A stretch of DNA of 64,000 bases, taken from positions 85,064,001-85,128,000 of the forward strand of contig OX597820.1 in NCBI GenBank assembly GCA_951406725.2. The letters are read 5' to 3'. The first letter of the stretch is position 1; every line of letters begins with the position of its first letter. The DNA comes from Octopus vulgaris. Its lineage: Eukaryota. Position numbers and translations under genes: made by a program. Positions 25,941-38,700 of this stretch are shown here, piece after piece. The notes under the pieces were generated by a model that saw nothing but the letters and a program-made list of their open reading frames with translations, was not told the origin of the DNA and did not search any database.

Positions 25941-26689
25941 TTAGTATTAGAAATTTATTCAGTACATCGCTAAATACATTGCGGTTTTTATCGACTGCGG
26001 CCCATTTTGTTTATTCGACATGCCTATCGTTTACTATTTCCTTCATATATTACAGTTCCTTTTACTAAAAACTCTAAAAACCGCAGTAAGCATCACTATT
26101 AATATATTTTAAGTTGGATTCACATGTGTATAAGTGTGTGCAGACACATTGATGAAACTACAGTATCCATAAAGTATATGAGAACATTCTGAAGATATGT
26201 CACATGCTAGTTATCTTAGGGCATCTAACTAAACAGAAATAGAAATTTCATTCATGTATTTAAATCATAATAAATTAATTTCTATTTCTATTTGATATTG
26301 AACGATACGAATAACTTTTGAAATAGTTCTGTAATGAAAATACATGTAACAATAGCATTCCGAAAATAGCACGAAACGTATAAAGTTTAATATTAGAAAA
26401 CAATATCACAATTTATTGCTCTATTGTTAATTAGCGAAGGTGAGGCTTGACAAAAACATTTTACCATGTTGTTTCAATGTAGTAAATTATCGGTATCACA
26501 ATACGAAGACGACTTGAAACATGATGGACTGTGATAAATGGACTCATCTTTGTATTGACGTTTATATAATTACATCAAAGTTAGACAAGGTTAATAAAGT
26601 AAATTCACCAAAATTGCGAACCGAAATGTTGCCATTGAAGTTGTCAGCACAAGAGATGTTGTAGTTTCTAACAATGCTTTGTAATTTTC

Positions 26690-26850
26690 GTACAAAGCCC
26701 ACAATTTCGAGGGAGGGGATGAATTCATTACCAGTAATCAACTGGTACTTATTTTATTGATCCTGAAGGTTTGAAAGACATGTGAACTAAAAGCGAAAGG
26801 TATGCCACTAAGCATTTTGTCCGACGCAGAAACGATTCTGCCAACTCGCC
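26690..26850 (-). mobile_element. SINE family A, degraded
   Basis: actggtacttatttta...aacgattctgccaactcgcc is the reverse complement of the family. Confidence 0.7.
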
Positions 26851-27508
26851 ATTTTGACGTCGTTTGTGATGTTATTGACAAATTAATTCATTTTTTTTTA
26901 CCTATATATGCATTGTGAGTAAAATATAGTTTCTTGTTGACTTAATATATTGATACTTGATCCTCTTCTTCAACAGTCTACAGACTTCTGGTATGCATGC
27001 AACATTCATTCGTAAATTGCAGTAGCAACAGATCGTACAATATAAGCACTACATAGGCCACAGGTGAAGTCCGTGCAATGTATAAGGGCTACTGATTCTT
27101 TAGTACCCGTAGCTTTACGCTACTACACCCTACTCTCTGATAGCATCACCGCAATTAAAAGTAAACAGTCATACGTTTTTAACATCAAGACTACTTATAA
27201 CAAGAAATAATCTATTGTCTAGTCAATTCATTTGTAAGTGAATAATTCCGTCTTCACCGTTTGAAGTGTTTCACTGTTGTAGAAACAAGGAAACTATCGG
27301 TTTTGAATTTATCATGGTACTAATGAGAAATAATTTATTATAGATTTTTTTTTACTGATTGTTTGTGTCCGCCTTCCCCTTCTGAGTTCAATCAATTCCG
27401 ATGGGACTATGCGGGTTTAACACTGCAATAGAAACAAATACAAAACGAATGCGATTTAGTGTTGCTTCTGGAAGTTTTACTTTGTCGATGTAGTGCTTTG
27501 ATCCAACA

Positions 27509-27960
27509 TCACTGAATGAATGTATAATGTTTTCTAGTTTGCATATCTGCATTATTATTGCTATTGTAAATGATGTTTTTTATAAAATTTGCACACCTAA
27601 GACTATATATCATCCAACTTGATATTTTCTCTGGGAGCAGCAGTGTGTGAATGCAAGAAGAACTGAGTACTATTCCAAGTAAGTCAACCCACCACATAGA
27701 TGAGCCCCCAATAGACAATGGGACACGTATTCCTTGCCAGGGAATTTCTATAAACTGTTGCTGAAGGAGTTTGGTCAACATAACAAATCTAATTTGGCTT
27801 CAGGAAAACTCCACACGACGTCACTGTGAAGCAGCTCTGTAGTGGATGTAACCGCCATATACTTTCATGTTTACACTCTCACAATATATGTAACGGAAAT
27901 CACAAATATCTGCTTTGATTTTCAATAAATGAAATCCCATAAATATATTATTATCACTGA
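27509..27960 (-). pseudogene. EVE fragment, L region after motif D with PxxLGG
   Basis: IRVPLSIGGS (27721-27704) in ORF 27509-27781, preceded by KADICDF..ESVNMKV. Confidence 0.65.
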
Positions 27961-27989
27961 CAGTCCTAAATTAAGTAACTGATTTAATG

Positions 27990-28400
27990 ATAAGCGTTAT
28001 GAGGATTAATAAGCATTCAATATCATTCAGGTCATACTGGAAACGAAATCGTGAAGCGAAATCAAGCTTTCAATTGATCATGTAATAACACGAAAGAGAG
28101 GTTAGTTTACCATAAAAGAAACATTATGGTAAATCCATGGATATGATTGTACATGGAACTAGAAAATTTGAATTCCCATAACCCTACGACAAAGGTAACA
28201 CAAGTTACATATAAAAGGGGCAATCACCGTTTTGGTCAGATGATTTGTCAGATATACATAGCAGGGAAACTTTGAGTTACCGATGATGAAAAAAGGAGAA
28301 TCAAGCTCACAAACTGATAAACAGTGAATTGCTTTCGAAAGCTAGGCATATACTGTTTGTCATTCATGTTATTAGTGAGGCATTTGTGATTACCAATGAT
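27990..28400 (+). pseudogene. Possible EVE fragment (L capping-domain region)
   Basis: Stop-interrupted frame SRETLSY...KENQAHKLINSELLSKARHILFVI. Confidence 0.3.
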
Positions 28401-28404
28401 ATTG

Positions 28405-28419
28405 TTTTTGTTGTTGTTG

Positions 28420-28501
<82 letters not shown>

Positions 28502-28522
28502 CATCATCATTACTATTATTAT
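28405..28522. repeat. (TTG)n(TTA)n microsatellite
   Basis: Direct reading. Confidence 0.97.
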
Positions 28523-29660
28523 TTCCTTTGCGCAGCCTCTAACGCTGGAGACGTACTACTGTGTCAGATGTTCATTACCAGAGAACTAAGGTAACACCTC
28601 TTATTTTTCGATCACCTTCAGGAGTGTTCGAGCTGTTCCGAGCAGTGCTGTTTTCTGCAAGTGCTCCACTCTTATTGCATCCTTATTTGTTCCATGAACT
28701 TTTCAAGATTTTTATTCGCTGTTCCCAGGGATCCGATATGGTTTCGTACTACTACCACCTTTTTCATCGCATCGACTACAACTTCTTAAACTCCCACACT
28801 AACCTGTTATATCTATCAGCTTTCCTTTCTTCCTTATCGCATACATTGTTGTTAGCTGGGCATACTATATCTATAATCCAGCATAGTTTGCTCTCTTTCT
28901 CAAACAAGACTATATCTAGCGTCCTATTCTCTATCTCATGGTGACACTGAATCATAAAATCCCACAGGATCTTTGTATTATCATTTTCGATGATGCCTTC
29001 GGGTTTCTGGTCGTACTAATTTTTGGCTCTGTCAGGACCATACTTTTTGCAAAGTATCCAATGGACAAGTCTGGCTATTTTGCCATGGCGTCTCTTATGT
29101 TCTTTCTGGGCTAGTGGCGTATATTGGTAATATGCCACACGGTTTCGCCATTTTGCTCACAGATTTTCCACTTATCACTTTCTGCTGCGTTTTCTATTCT
29201 GTATGTATGTTTGTTCTTAGTGCATGCTCTTGGGCTGCACAGATGCGAGCCTCCGTTTCTAGTTTTAAATTCCTTTTAGTCCTCCAAAGTCATCATTTTT
29301 CTCTGTCTGTCTTATCTTCAAAATCCCTGCATTCTTTTCTTTACCCATCTATTTTCAGTTTCATTCTTTCAATTGTGTGTACTGCACTTTCATTTTGCAA
29401 TCTTTCATCCTACACAGGCCTGGTCTTCTTACTTCTAATAATAGCGGTTCTGTGGTATTTTTTACATACTATGCGAGGGAACTGACTTGGGAATCATCTT
29501 TACCATAAAGTTTGAGGTCATCCATGAATAACAAATGATTGACTTTTTGTTGGCGACATTTGAATACATACCCTTCATTTGCTTTCCTCAGAATCAGTGT
29601 TAGTGGTATCATGCACAGTAGAAAGATCAGCTTCTCTGAGCCTGCTGGGTGCAACACTGT
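28523..29660 (-). mobile_element. Decayed, internally deleted R4/Dong-type non-LTR element ending at (TAA)n
   Basis: VNHLLFMDDLKLYGK (ORF 29469-29690), ETEARICAAQEHAL, RRHGKIARLVHW, ILWDFMIQCHHEIE..LDIV and QKTALLGTA. Confidence 0.9.
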
Positions 29661-30119
29661 CCCCATTATTGGCTTCAGTTTCATTACCACCGTTATTCAC
29701 AATATTTTGTGTCTTCATTGTCCCTCATATGAAATAGAGATTATCAGGTTGCGCAATTTCCATTGTTTTTATGGTGACAACATCACTAGATGTATCATTA
29801 ACCAGAACATGGAAAAGCTCCACCCGATCCCTTCATTATTATTATTTTTATTATCTCTGATGTCACCGATATTGTATTTTTACTATTTATCATTGTTATA
29901 TTAGCAGACTCATATGTTACACAGGTGGGGCAGTGGTAGTAGTTGTAGTTTGGTCTGAGATTCCTGTGCGCTCCGAATAGTAGTAGTTGTTGTATTAGCA
30001 GCTGCAACATATCCTTATTTTTATTTTATCATTATCAGCATCACCACCACTACCAATGTTATTATCATTATTATTATTTCCACTTATTATTAATAGATTT
30101 TATTAAATGTTCTTTATTT

Positions 30120-30400
30120 TCAACTTTTTGTCTTGTACGTGAGATAATCATAAATATGCGGTTGCTGGAGGAAACAGTTGGGGAAGACTAGCAGTTTGGT
30201 GAATAGATCAATTTCTGCAGGTTTATAAAGAAATTCGGCAGTTGGTGGGGAGATCAGCCATATAGACAAGAGTATCTTCGCACCCTTTGGTTCAACAGAG
30301 GTCAAATGTGTTTTCTACAGACAGCGACAACTGTGAGCACCGTCCTTGGCCTTGAAACAAAGCAATTCAACCTGTTCTATTTCTAATTACTGGTACGAAA
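30120..30400 (-). pseudogene. Possible EVE fragment (L KH..WP region)
   Basis: AVCRKHI*PLL (tga in place of tgg), plus the non-repetitive ORF 30120-30305. Confidence 0.3.
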
Positions 30401-30464
30401 AACAATATTATTATTATTATTAGTAGTAGTAGTAGTAGTAGTAGTATCATCATCGCTATCGTCA

Positions 30465-30519
<55 letters not shown>

Positions 30520-30859
30520 CATCATACATTATCTAGAATTACAAGTACGCCTACCTTATCATATGTATCTAGTTCCTAGTTCTTGCAATATTTGAGATGT
30601 CGTTTGTTTTAAAGAGATGTATTGTCGTGTGTGCCATTGCATAGTATTCAAGCTATTGTTTTCTAACACATACGCATACACACACACACACACAAACACG
30701 CACGTGCGCACACACACACAAGCAAACGCACGCCAACATGTGCGCGCACACACATGACCACGCACACAATGTTACAATTCCTGTAGAATTCCCTAAACGC
30801 TTTATTTATTTGAAGCATTTCCTATGCCGCCCTGATAATTACGCATTATGCAATACACA

Positions 30860-31525
30860 AGTTCAAACGTAATGTATTTATTCCATTATCAATAATGTAA
30901 TGGCCAGTCAGTCTGGAGGATTTAGTTTCATTTGTAATGGAAGCCATAGTCATCCGTCGATAGAAGACAGTTTTAGTAAAGGCCTGATTTCCAGTGTGAA
31001 TATTCTATGATTTCCCGTCGTTATATAAAGACCATTGAAGCCGTGCTGTAGAGTTTGAAATTTAAAATTTCTGAGATGTTACAGACTCTAAACCGGAATT
31101 TGATCAGAATATGTGCAGGATCAATGCTCTGAGCTTCAAACTGTCCTCGAATAGATCAGTTCAGGTTTCACTATATTTGGAGAGAAATAAGGTGTATTAG
31201 AAGAACAGGTCCTAAAATGATGGTGAAAAAATATGTCGATGGATTGAAAGCATCCTACCATTAATTAACAAAATATTGATGGATTTACAACATCTAAAAC
31301 CTGAAAAACAAATTTTGTGGCTTGGCTATATCTGCTTATTGATCGAGACAAAATTTAAGACGATTGGCAGTATTTAAATATTGACTTAAATGTTGACGAA
31401 ATAGTAATACCTGAAGATTGACACAGAGCTGTAGAAGATTGGCAACATCTAAATATTGGCTAGAATTATACTATGGGGATATTGTCAGGTAAAATATTAG
31501 AAGTTTAGAAATACATGTAGAATGA
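30860..31525 (+). pseudogene. EVE fragment, L PxxLGG region (second, dissimilar copy)
   Basis: WPVSL/GGFSF...IEDSFSKG (30904-30920, 1-nt frameshift), then INALSFKL and ICRWIESILPLINKILMDL. Confidence 0.65.
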
Positions 31526-31559
31526 GGGGAAAGATGCCATGCGATGTCCTTGGCTGCTC

Positions 31560-32460
31560 GCTTTTAGGCTGCTACTATAAAGAACAGTTTTTCCTCATTC
31601 TCCTAGTAAGGGTAATTATGAACCAGTTAATATTGGTATCAATCGAATCTAAAATACTAGTTCGTTTAATACTGAGATCCTTTTGTTCTGTATTAAATCA
31701 CAAAGTATTTAAAGAATATATTTGTTGAGATATTTAGCAGAGTACAACGCACATCCCCAAAATATTCAGCTACATCATTCTAATACACTTTGAGTTCTTT
31801 TGACTTCTTAACCACTCCAAGGTCGAGAAGCATATACCAAAAATACACAGGGTTCAGACTAATTCAACAGAGAGTCTCCTTCATACATTTATGATATACT
31901 GCCATTGCAAGTTATCCAACTTTTTCTATATTTCAATAAATATATTATTAACATTTTCGGAGAGCTGTGAAAATCGTACTGACAATCCCTGCTTTTTTCA
32001 AAACTGGTTTACACTAACGCGCTAAATTTAAGAAACCAACGAACATCGTCGTCTTATCAATATACGGGTGAAAGCTTCTTTATACATTAATAAGTGCATT
32101 CACTATGGAAAGGAAAACAATCCATAATTGTAATATTCATGAACATCAAAATAACAATTTGTTTTCACGGAATTTTTTGTTCTTTCATAATGGCAACTGG
32201 TATTGAATGTGTAACTCCTATTCAGTACAATCTATTTATTGATTTTTCGTACATTCATAGTTCGAAATTTATCGGCGCCATAGGGGGCTTAAGTATTGAT
32301 GAACAATGCGGCGTTTCAAATCAATGCAATGAAATACAAAATTCAATATTTCCAGTACATTTGTCCGGTACAAGTCTCCTTTATAAGGCAACATGACTTT
32401 GATATTCCTGTTTAACTGTAATTTTTCTTCTCACTCTTTTAGTTTTTGTACTGTTATTCT
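31560..32460 (-). pseudogene. EVE fragment, L N-terminal RdRp to pre-motif A
   Basis: FHPYID (32070-32056), NNIFIEI*KK, DVAEYFGDV and NWFIITLT/ENEEKLFFI (~31610-31576), in the expected order. Confidence 0.65.
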
Positions 32461-32888
32461 AATAGATAAGAAAGTAAAAGTTTTAATGTTCAGTATTGCA
32501 GTGTCTAGACATAAGTAATTTATCTTAAACAAAACTTAGATATTCACTGTTCCAATTATTTTTTTTTTCTTTTCGTCCACAACACTGCAGTATTTCGAAA
32601 CGTATTGTTCTGACATTTAAAATACGTCATTTATCGTAAATATGTTTAAAACAGCGCTCATTTCTTTTTTCATTTATTTACCAATTCATATTATCAGACG
32701 TCTAGACGAAACAGCCAAAATGAGACATCAATATCTACTACATATGTTCTTTGATGTAAAAATAAAATAAATAAGGATTTCATCGTTCTCGAATAGTACT
32801 GAATGCACATCTGTATATGTATGGGTGTATGCAAATGTGTGTACGTGTGCGCGATTATATATATATATATTTATACATATATTTATAC

Positions 32889-32923
<35 letters not shown>

Positions 32924-33519
32924 CATATATATATTTATATATATATATATATACATTCATGAAACATACACTCAGACACATTACGAGTATACATGTGAAT
33001 GGGGGGAGAGGGAGAGAGAGATATACTCTATTAAAAAAAATCTGAGACACTCTCCAATATTTTATAAAAAAACAATATTACCTTGAAATACCATTAAGTT
33101 CAGATTCTCCCAAAGGATCAATAAAATTAATAGACACAACGTATTTGTGCTTTTTTAAATGTTACAATGTTGTACATATTGTGTATTTCCTTCGTCACTT
33201 GACGTTTCCTGTCATTGAGTGTTCAAAGAGATTTCAGCGAAGTTTGCTGGGCAAATTCTATGTGAAATGTTGAAAGCGCAGTCATTCCCGTTAAAAGTTG
33301 GTATAGGCAATTTATCACTTTGTATATCACTACCTCACAGCCGTTGAATGCCGTTAAAGTCCTTGAATTCACTGGAAGAAATTGGGTAAACACTCCAATC
33401 ACCATGTAACTTTCTCTTTTTCACCCATCAATCACGGAAGCTTCCCAGATAAAATAAATAAGACTGCATTCGGACCAGTGTTTTACTTTTTCATTCAATA
33501 TTCTTTTGCTTTTTTTTGT

Positions 33520-33594
33520 ATTTTTATTTACTTTAGTCATTTTACTGCGGCCATGCTAGAGCACACCTTGTGGTTGCCGGTTGTCAAGATGATG

Positions 33595-33631
<37 letters not shown>

Positions 33632-33730
33632 GCATATATACGACAGGATCCTTTGAGTTTCCGTCTACTGAATCCACTCAAAACACTTTGGTCGGCCCGA
33701 GGCTTCTTACGACACAGCCACGCCTGCGCC
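33520..33730 (-). mobile_element. SINE family B, degraded
   Basis: actgcggccatgctagagcac...tttccgtctactgaatccactca...ttggtcggcccgaggct. Confidence 0.75.
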
Positions 33731-33811
33731 TATATATACATATATACATACATTATTTAAATATATATATATATATATATATATGTTTATATGTATATAT
33801 ATGTGTATATA

Positions 33812-33876
<65 letters not shown>

Positions 33877-33999
33877 AGTATATATGTAATATGTGATATA
33901 TTGTCAACGTCTTTTACAATATCAGTAACACGGTATTAACATTTAACCCATTCAATCTTGCTTCTATCTAAAAGGAAAGGTTGCACGTTTCATGGGTAA

Positions 34000-34620
34000 A
34001 AACAAATTATTCTTTTTAGTTTACAGTTAATATTAATGACATTCGACAGAGATCGTAAGTTTCAGATCACCCCCTCCCCATGAAACAATTTATGTCTTAG
34101 TGTAATGCAACCTAGTTCTGTAAGCTTTTGTTTGGAAACGTTCAAGCTAGCTTAGACTATATGGAATTCCTTAAGATATTACGTCCTGACAAGAGGTATA
34201 TTTCTATGTTAATTCCAGCTGATTGAGTAACTCCAACTTCTTTGTAACCACTCTTGCAAGATCTGCCTCGATTATGAGTATCAGCTAACTCGTCCTCTGC
34301 TGTTTTAGAAGGGAATACTGCTCTATTCAATTTTCGAATAGCTTAGCAAATGTTACGCATAGTTTTCTTGATATGACATATATTTGCATTCTACATTTTC
34401 AAAGTTGACAGCATTTTTCCAAAGAATGGCACTCCCAAATATCTTAGTATATTAGTGTTTATGTAAAATGGATTAATAATTGTTTGAGTATGTTGAGCGT
34501 TAACTGTTGTCAGTTTACGACTAACGAGTTGTTCTCCACACGTTTGACGCTTTTAAGTGGAATTTCTCTGTTTAAAAGCCAGTCTTGAAACAGAAAGAGC
34601 AATAAAATAATTATCAACAA
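34000..34620 (-). pseudogene. EVE fragment, probable L capping (PRNTase) region
   Basis: ~190-codon frame with few stops: LRYLGVPFFGKMLST (GxxPYxGxxT-like), AIRKLNRAV and GRG*SETYDL. Confidence 0.45.
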
Positions 34621-35874
34621 CTACAACTTCAACAATGACAAGATCATCAAAATCGCAAGTATTTTTGTTTTATGTGCACTTTGCCCTGATAACACGCCAG
34701 GTCTGATAATTTACAGCAATGTTTAATCACTTTCCATTAACATTAATATAAGCTTCTATAAGTTCACTTCACAATACAGAAATACGAATATTTCAGTCAA
34801 CTGTGTTCTGCACTAATCGTTGAAATTTTAAGTTTCTTCATAAATATATAGAAATAATCTAAATGTTAGAGCTAAAGTTATCTTAATTTAAAGCTTGTTT
34901 GGGAATAGCAACGTTTATTATCATAATATCAAACGCGATTACAAATATGCCTTCGGTTTTCAATGAATTACAAATAATTAAAATATTTTTCTTTCTTTTC
35001 TATTTTTAATAATGTCTTGTTATGTCTAGAGGAATAATATTGATAGCATATCTCTGATAAATATATTAACTTTCATTTCCGTTTATTTTTCTGTATTTAA
35101 TCTTAAGGGAAAATAAATTAAAATACTGGTTAAGATCAAGTGGAAAATATGATTATGGATTATACTGATACCGAAGAACAGAAAATGAATATTATAATGC
35201 GAGATGAAAACATGATACAGTCATAGCAAAATATGTCTGCTATATATAATTGCTTCCTGTTTGAGAGGACTGTATTACAAGAAAAGTATAACGTTGAGAT
35301 GTACAGCAAGGGCTGCAGATAAGTTATAATCTTTGTTGACCTTCAAATGTTTTTTGAGGTCTCCGTTAGACCTCCAAACCTTCTGGCACACATTGCATTC
35401 AAAGGTGCGCACAGACATATAGGCAGAATAGTTGGTGGAGGTTCGTTTTACAGTAGAAGAGATTTGCCTATTTTGCTAGACTGTGGGTCTATGTGGTTGA
35501 AAAGCAAGCTTATTACCATATAGCCACGCCTACGCCTGTCATTTTTCTCTCTACTCCTTTTTCGAAGTACTATACGACGTCATTACCCATTAGCTTTAAT
35601 ACATGTCCTGTCTTAATTCAATGCTGTCTCATAGCCATGTGGCCTTTAACTGTATGTGTATATATATATATTTACCATTTACCTGAGTTATATTCCTTAT
35701 GTCATGTTCTGACTTTGTTTGTCTCTATTACTGCCCTTACGTTCTCTGTCTCAATGCCAGCAACTTTTACATGTTGCCGTCACCAAAATGAACAGTATTA
35801 TCGTTAAAGGCATGAAATTGTTATGATTATTGGACGATACATACATACATATATATATGTAAATATAAATGCAT

Positions 35875-36500
35875 ATATAGGTACAGGACGTTACAAAACG
35901 TAAACAACATGAATTACAAAATACGAAAGAAACATGAAATACGAAGGAAAAATTGGGTTAGCGGACAACGAGAGAAACAAATGAAAAACAAAACAAGTAA
36001 CATAAATAAGGACCCTTCATTAATTGTCGGCTGTTCAGCTACTCCACATTTCAAGCAATTAACGACAATATGAGGCTTCGAAAAACAGTTGCTCCTGCGA
36101 ACCAAATATAATTTGGGATTTCCGGAGGGTTTCAAGATGGTAACAAAAACAGGAGAATGGGTAGATACAACAAACCAAATGAAAACTAACATGGAGGGGT
36201 GTTATGCCATCCGAGGTAAGGTAACGAACGCTGCAGGAATATTCTTTGACAAGAGGAAAGATAGGAGAATGCGTCTGGTCTGTGCGACAGACTGAAAGAG
36301 AAGAAAGATGATCACGTGAGGAAAAGAAAGATTGACGGCGGCCAAATGGGAACAACGAGAGAGAGAGAGAGAGTAAAGGAGGAAGAGGAACAGAGATAGA
36401 CAGACAGACAGAAAATGGTGAAAGGGAGATGAGTAGAAAAAGAATTAGAGAAAAGTAAAGAGAGAAAATTAAAGGGGGATAGAGAGAGAACAGTACGGGG
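35875..36500 (-). mobile_element. Unclassified interspersed repeat (same family as 14760-15290)
   Basis: Alignment by eye. Its terminal segment tcatgttgtttacgt..acgtcctgtacc also occurs at 38045-38100 and 13255-13290. Confidence 0.7.
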
Positions 36501-36754
36501 TAGAGTCGCATCAAAGGTATTAAGATAAACTTACTTCGAAATGGATACGTGGAGTTCAATCATATAATAATATAAATAATTATATATATATATATATACA
36601 TGTATGTCTGTTTTTCAGCGTTTACAAATAATACGGGAAATATGAAGAGTTACCAGGGTAGCAAAATTTCACAAGAATATCAAAGATGTAACAACCTATT
36701 TATAGAGGTAGAAACTCTGGCTTAAGGTGAAGTGATTTGTGTAATATAGATACA

Positions 36755-38000
36755 TAAATACATGGAGTTAAATGCAGGTGTTATTCAAATTCTTTTATTT
36801 CTAGCATATGATTCGGAGACAGCATTGGTATTATTCCAGAAGGAATAAAATGGTGTAAAACAATGCAATCTTCTCATCAGGGAAAGAAAGAATCCAAACA
36901 TATTATTAAAACATTTTAACAGAATGTGATGACTGCGTATAAGAATGAAGGGAACGCTATTAAGTTTTTTTTAACCGCCAGTAGACATAACGTCAAAGGT
37001 ATCATATGGAAAGAGAAGGAGGGGAAGGAAAGAAATTAACAGAAAATTAATAGTGGAGAAATATAGAGCGATGGGTCAATTAGAATAAAGCTCAAAAGCG
37101 TGGAATTAGATATACTTAGTGGGAGTGAAATGTGAGAGGACAAAGGTCAAATTATATAGAATGGTAGAAAGCACTTACAGGAACTAAAGTTATGTTTCTG
37201 TCAATGTTGTTACGTTTATTGATATGCCTAAATGTAGAGTATTAGAAATGTAGAGTATTCTTTTGGACAACTGAGATGGAGAACTACCTATTTAGGCATA
37301 TCAATAAATGTAACATTACAGAGTTTAGTAAATTAATCTGGCATCTAAAATATCATAATAAACAATTCAATTTGGAATGGAATATTCTCTCTATTTCTTT
37401 ACCGTGTGATAAACGTAAACATTTCTGCTTGCTCTGTAATAGCGAAATGCTCTATATCCTATTCCCAAAGAATCCCCTTTTAAAAACGTTTATAGAAAGC
37501 GTTTATCGTTGCAAACATTAGCAGAAATATAACTTTAGTTCCTATAAGTGATTTCTACAATTCTATATAATGTGACCTTTGTATTCTTACGTTTCACGTC
37601 ATCTAAATATATCTTATTCCACGGTTTTAAGCTTTAATCTAATTCACTCATCGCTCTATATTTCTCCACCATTAGTTTTTTGCCAATTCTTTATTTCTCT
37701 TCCATCTCTTTCTATATGCTATATATCTACACCCATCTCTAACTTTGACGTTATTATCTACTAACATTTATTTAGAAAACAAAGTTTAATAGCGTACCCT
37801 TCATCATTATACGCATTCATCACATTCTATTAAAATGTCCTATTGATGTGTTTGGTTTCTTTCCATCCCTGATTAGAAGATTTCATTGTTTTACACCATT
37901 TTATTCCTTTCGGAATAATACCAATATTGTCTTCGAGACATATGTCGGAAGTAGAAAAGTGATTCGAATAACACCTGCGTTGAACTCCATTTATTTATTT
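36755..38000. mobile_element. Penelope-like element remnant: GIY-YIG C-terminus plus inverted 3' repeat
   Basis: ORF 37276-37521 TEFSKLIWHLK..LEWNIL..CLLCNSEMLYIL..CKH. 36755-37230 is an inverted diverged copy of 37490-38000. Degenerate hammerhead at ~37865-37950. Confidence 0.85.
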
Positions 38001-38149
38001 ATCTCCTTCTGTCACTCTCTCATATATATATATATATATATACGGATTTCGTAATTCATGTTGTTTACGTATTATGACGTCCTGTACCCATATATGCATA
38101 TATCTATATGTATATATGTATGTAAGTATTATGTATGGATGTATGTAAA

Positions 38150-38217
<68 letters not shown>

Positions 38218-38299
38218 GATGCACATATACGTATATATATATATATATACAGATATATATATATATATATATATATATGGTGGGTGTGTATGTATGTAG

Positions 38300-38700
38300 T
38301 ATTAAGAAGAACCTCAATCACAGCAATTCAATTAAATGTGAAAGATCTTATCTATAATAAAATATAAATTTAAATATATTATTCACATTGTACTAACAAT
38401 TACTATACTAAAAAATATACATTAAGTCCACACGTTTAAACACACACACACACACACATATATAGAATTGAGAGACAGAACATCCATCAAAGTAATTCAG
38501 TTAATCGTGAACGATATTATCTATAATAAAATATAAATTTAAATATATTATTAATAGTGTACTAAAAATTACTATACTAAATAATATACATTAAATCGAC
38601 GGTATATTTCAATGGCTACGATACATAGCCACTCTTCAGGTCTAAATAAACAAAAAATATTACAACATAAATGGAGACATAATTAAACTATACCTTTAGA
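38300..38700 (-). mobile_element. PLE terminal remnant with ~100 bp direct repeat and hammerhead-like motif
   Basis: 38325-38425 is repeated at 38495-38595. - strand 38642-38598 reads gac CTGAAGA gtggctatgtatcgtagccatt GAAA tatacc gtc. Confidence 0.55.

Larger units (their letters stand above)
24960..27507 (-). pseudogene. EVE: collinear N-terminal half of a Monjiviricetes-like L gene (RdRp core), interrupted by two SINEs
   Basis: In order on the - strand: KLPEATLN (~27470), YDCLLLIAVMLSE (~27160), LRVLKNQ*PLYIA (~27100), HPEV-like (~26990), RMFS..CESNLKYI (~26180), VE*TKWA motif A (~26005), INQKIFG motif B (25605-25591), LGDNK motif C (25500-25492), MKCKHSKTEIK motif D (~25350). Confidence 0.8.

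Noticed and set aside
16800-34620. Exons of a host protein-coding gene
   Set aside because: Frames contain many stops and frameshifts, switch strand, show no consistent splice structure, and carry viral motifs. Small host exons cannot be fully excluded.
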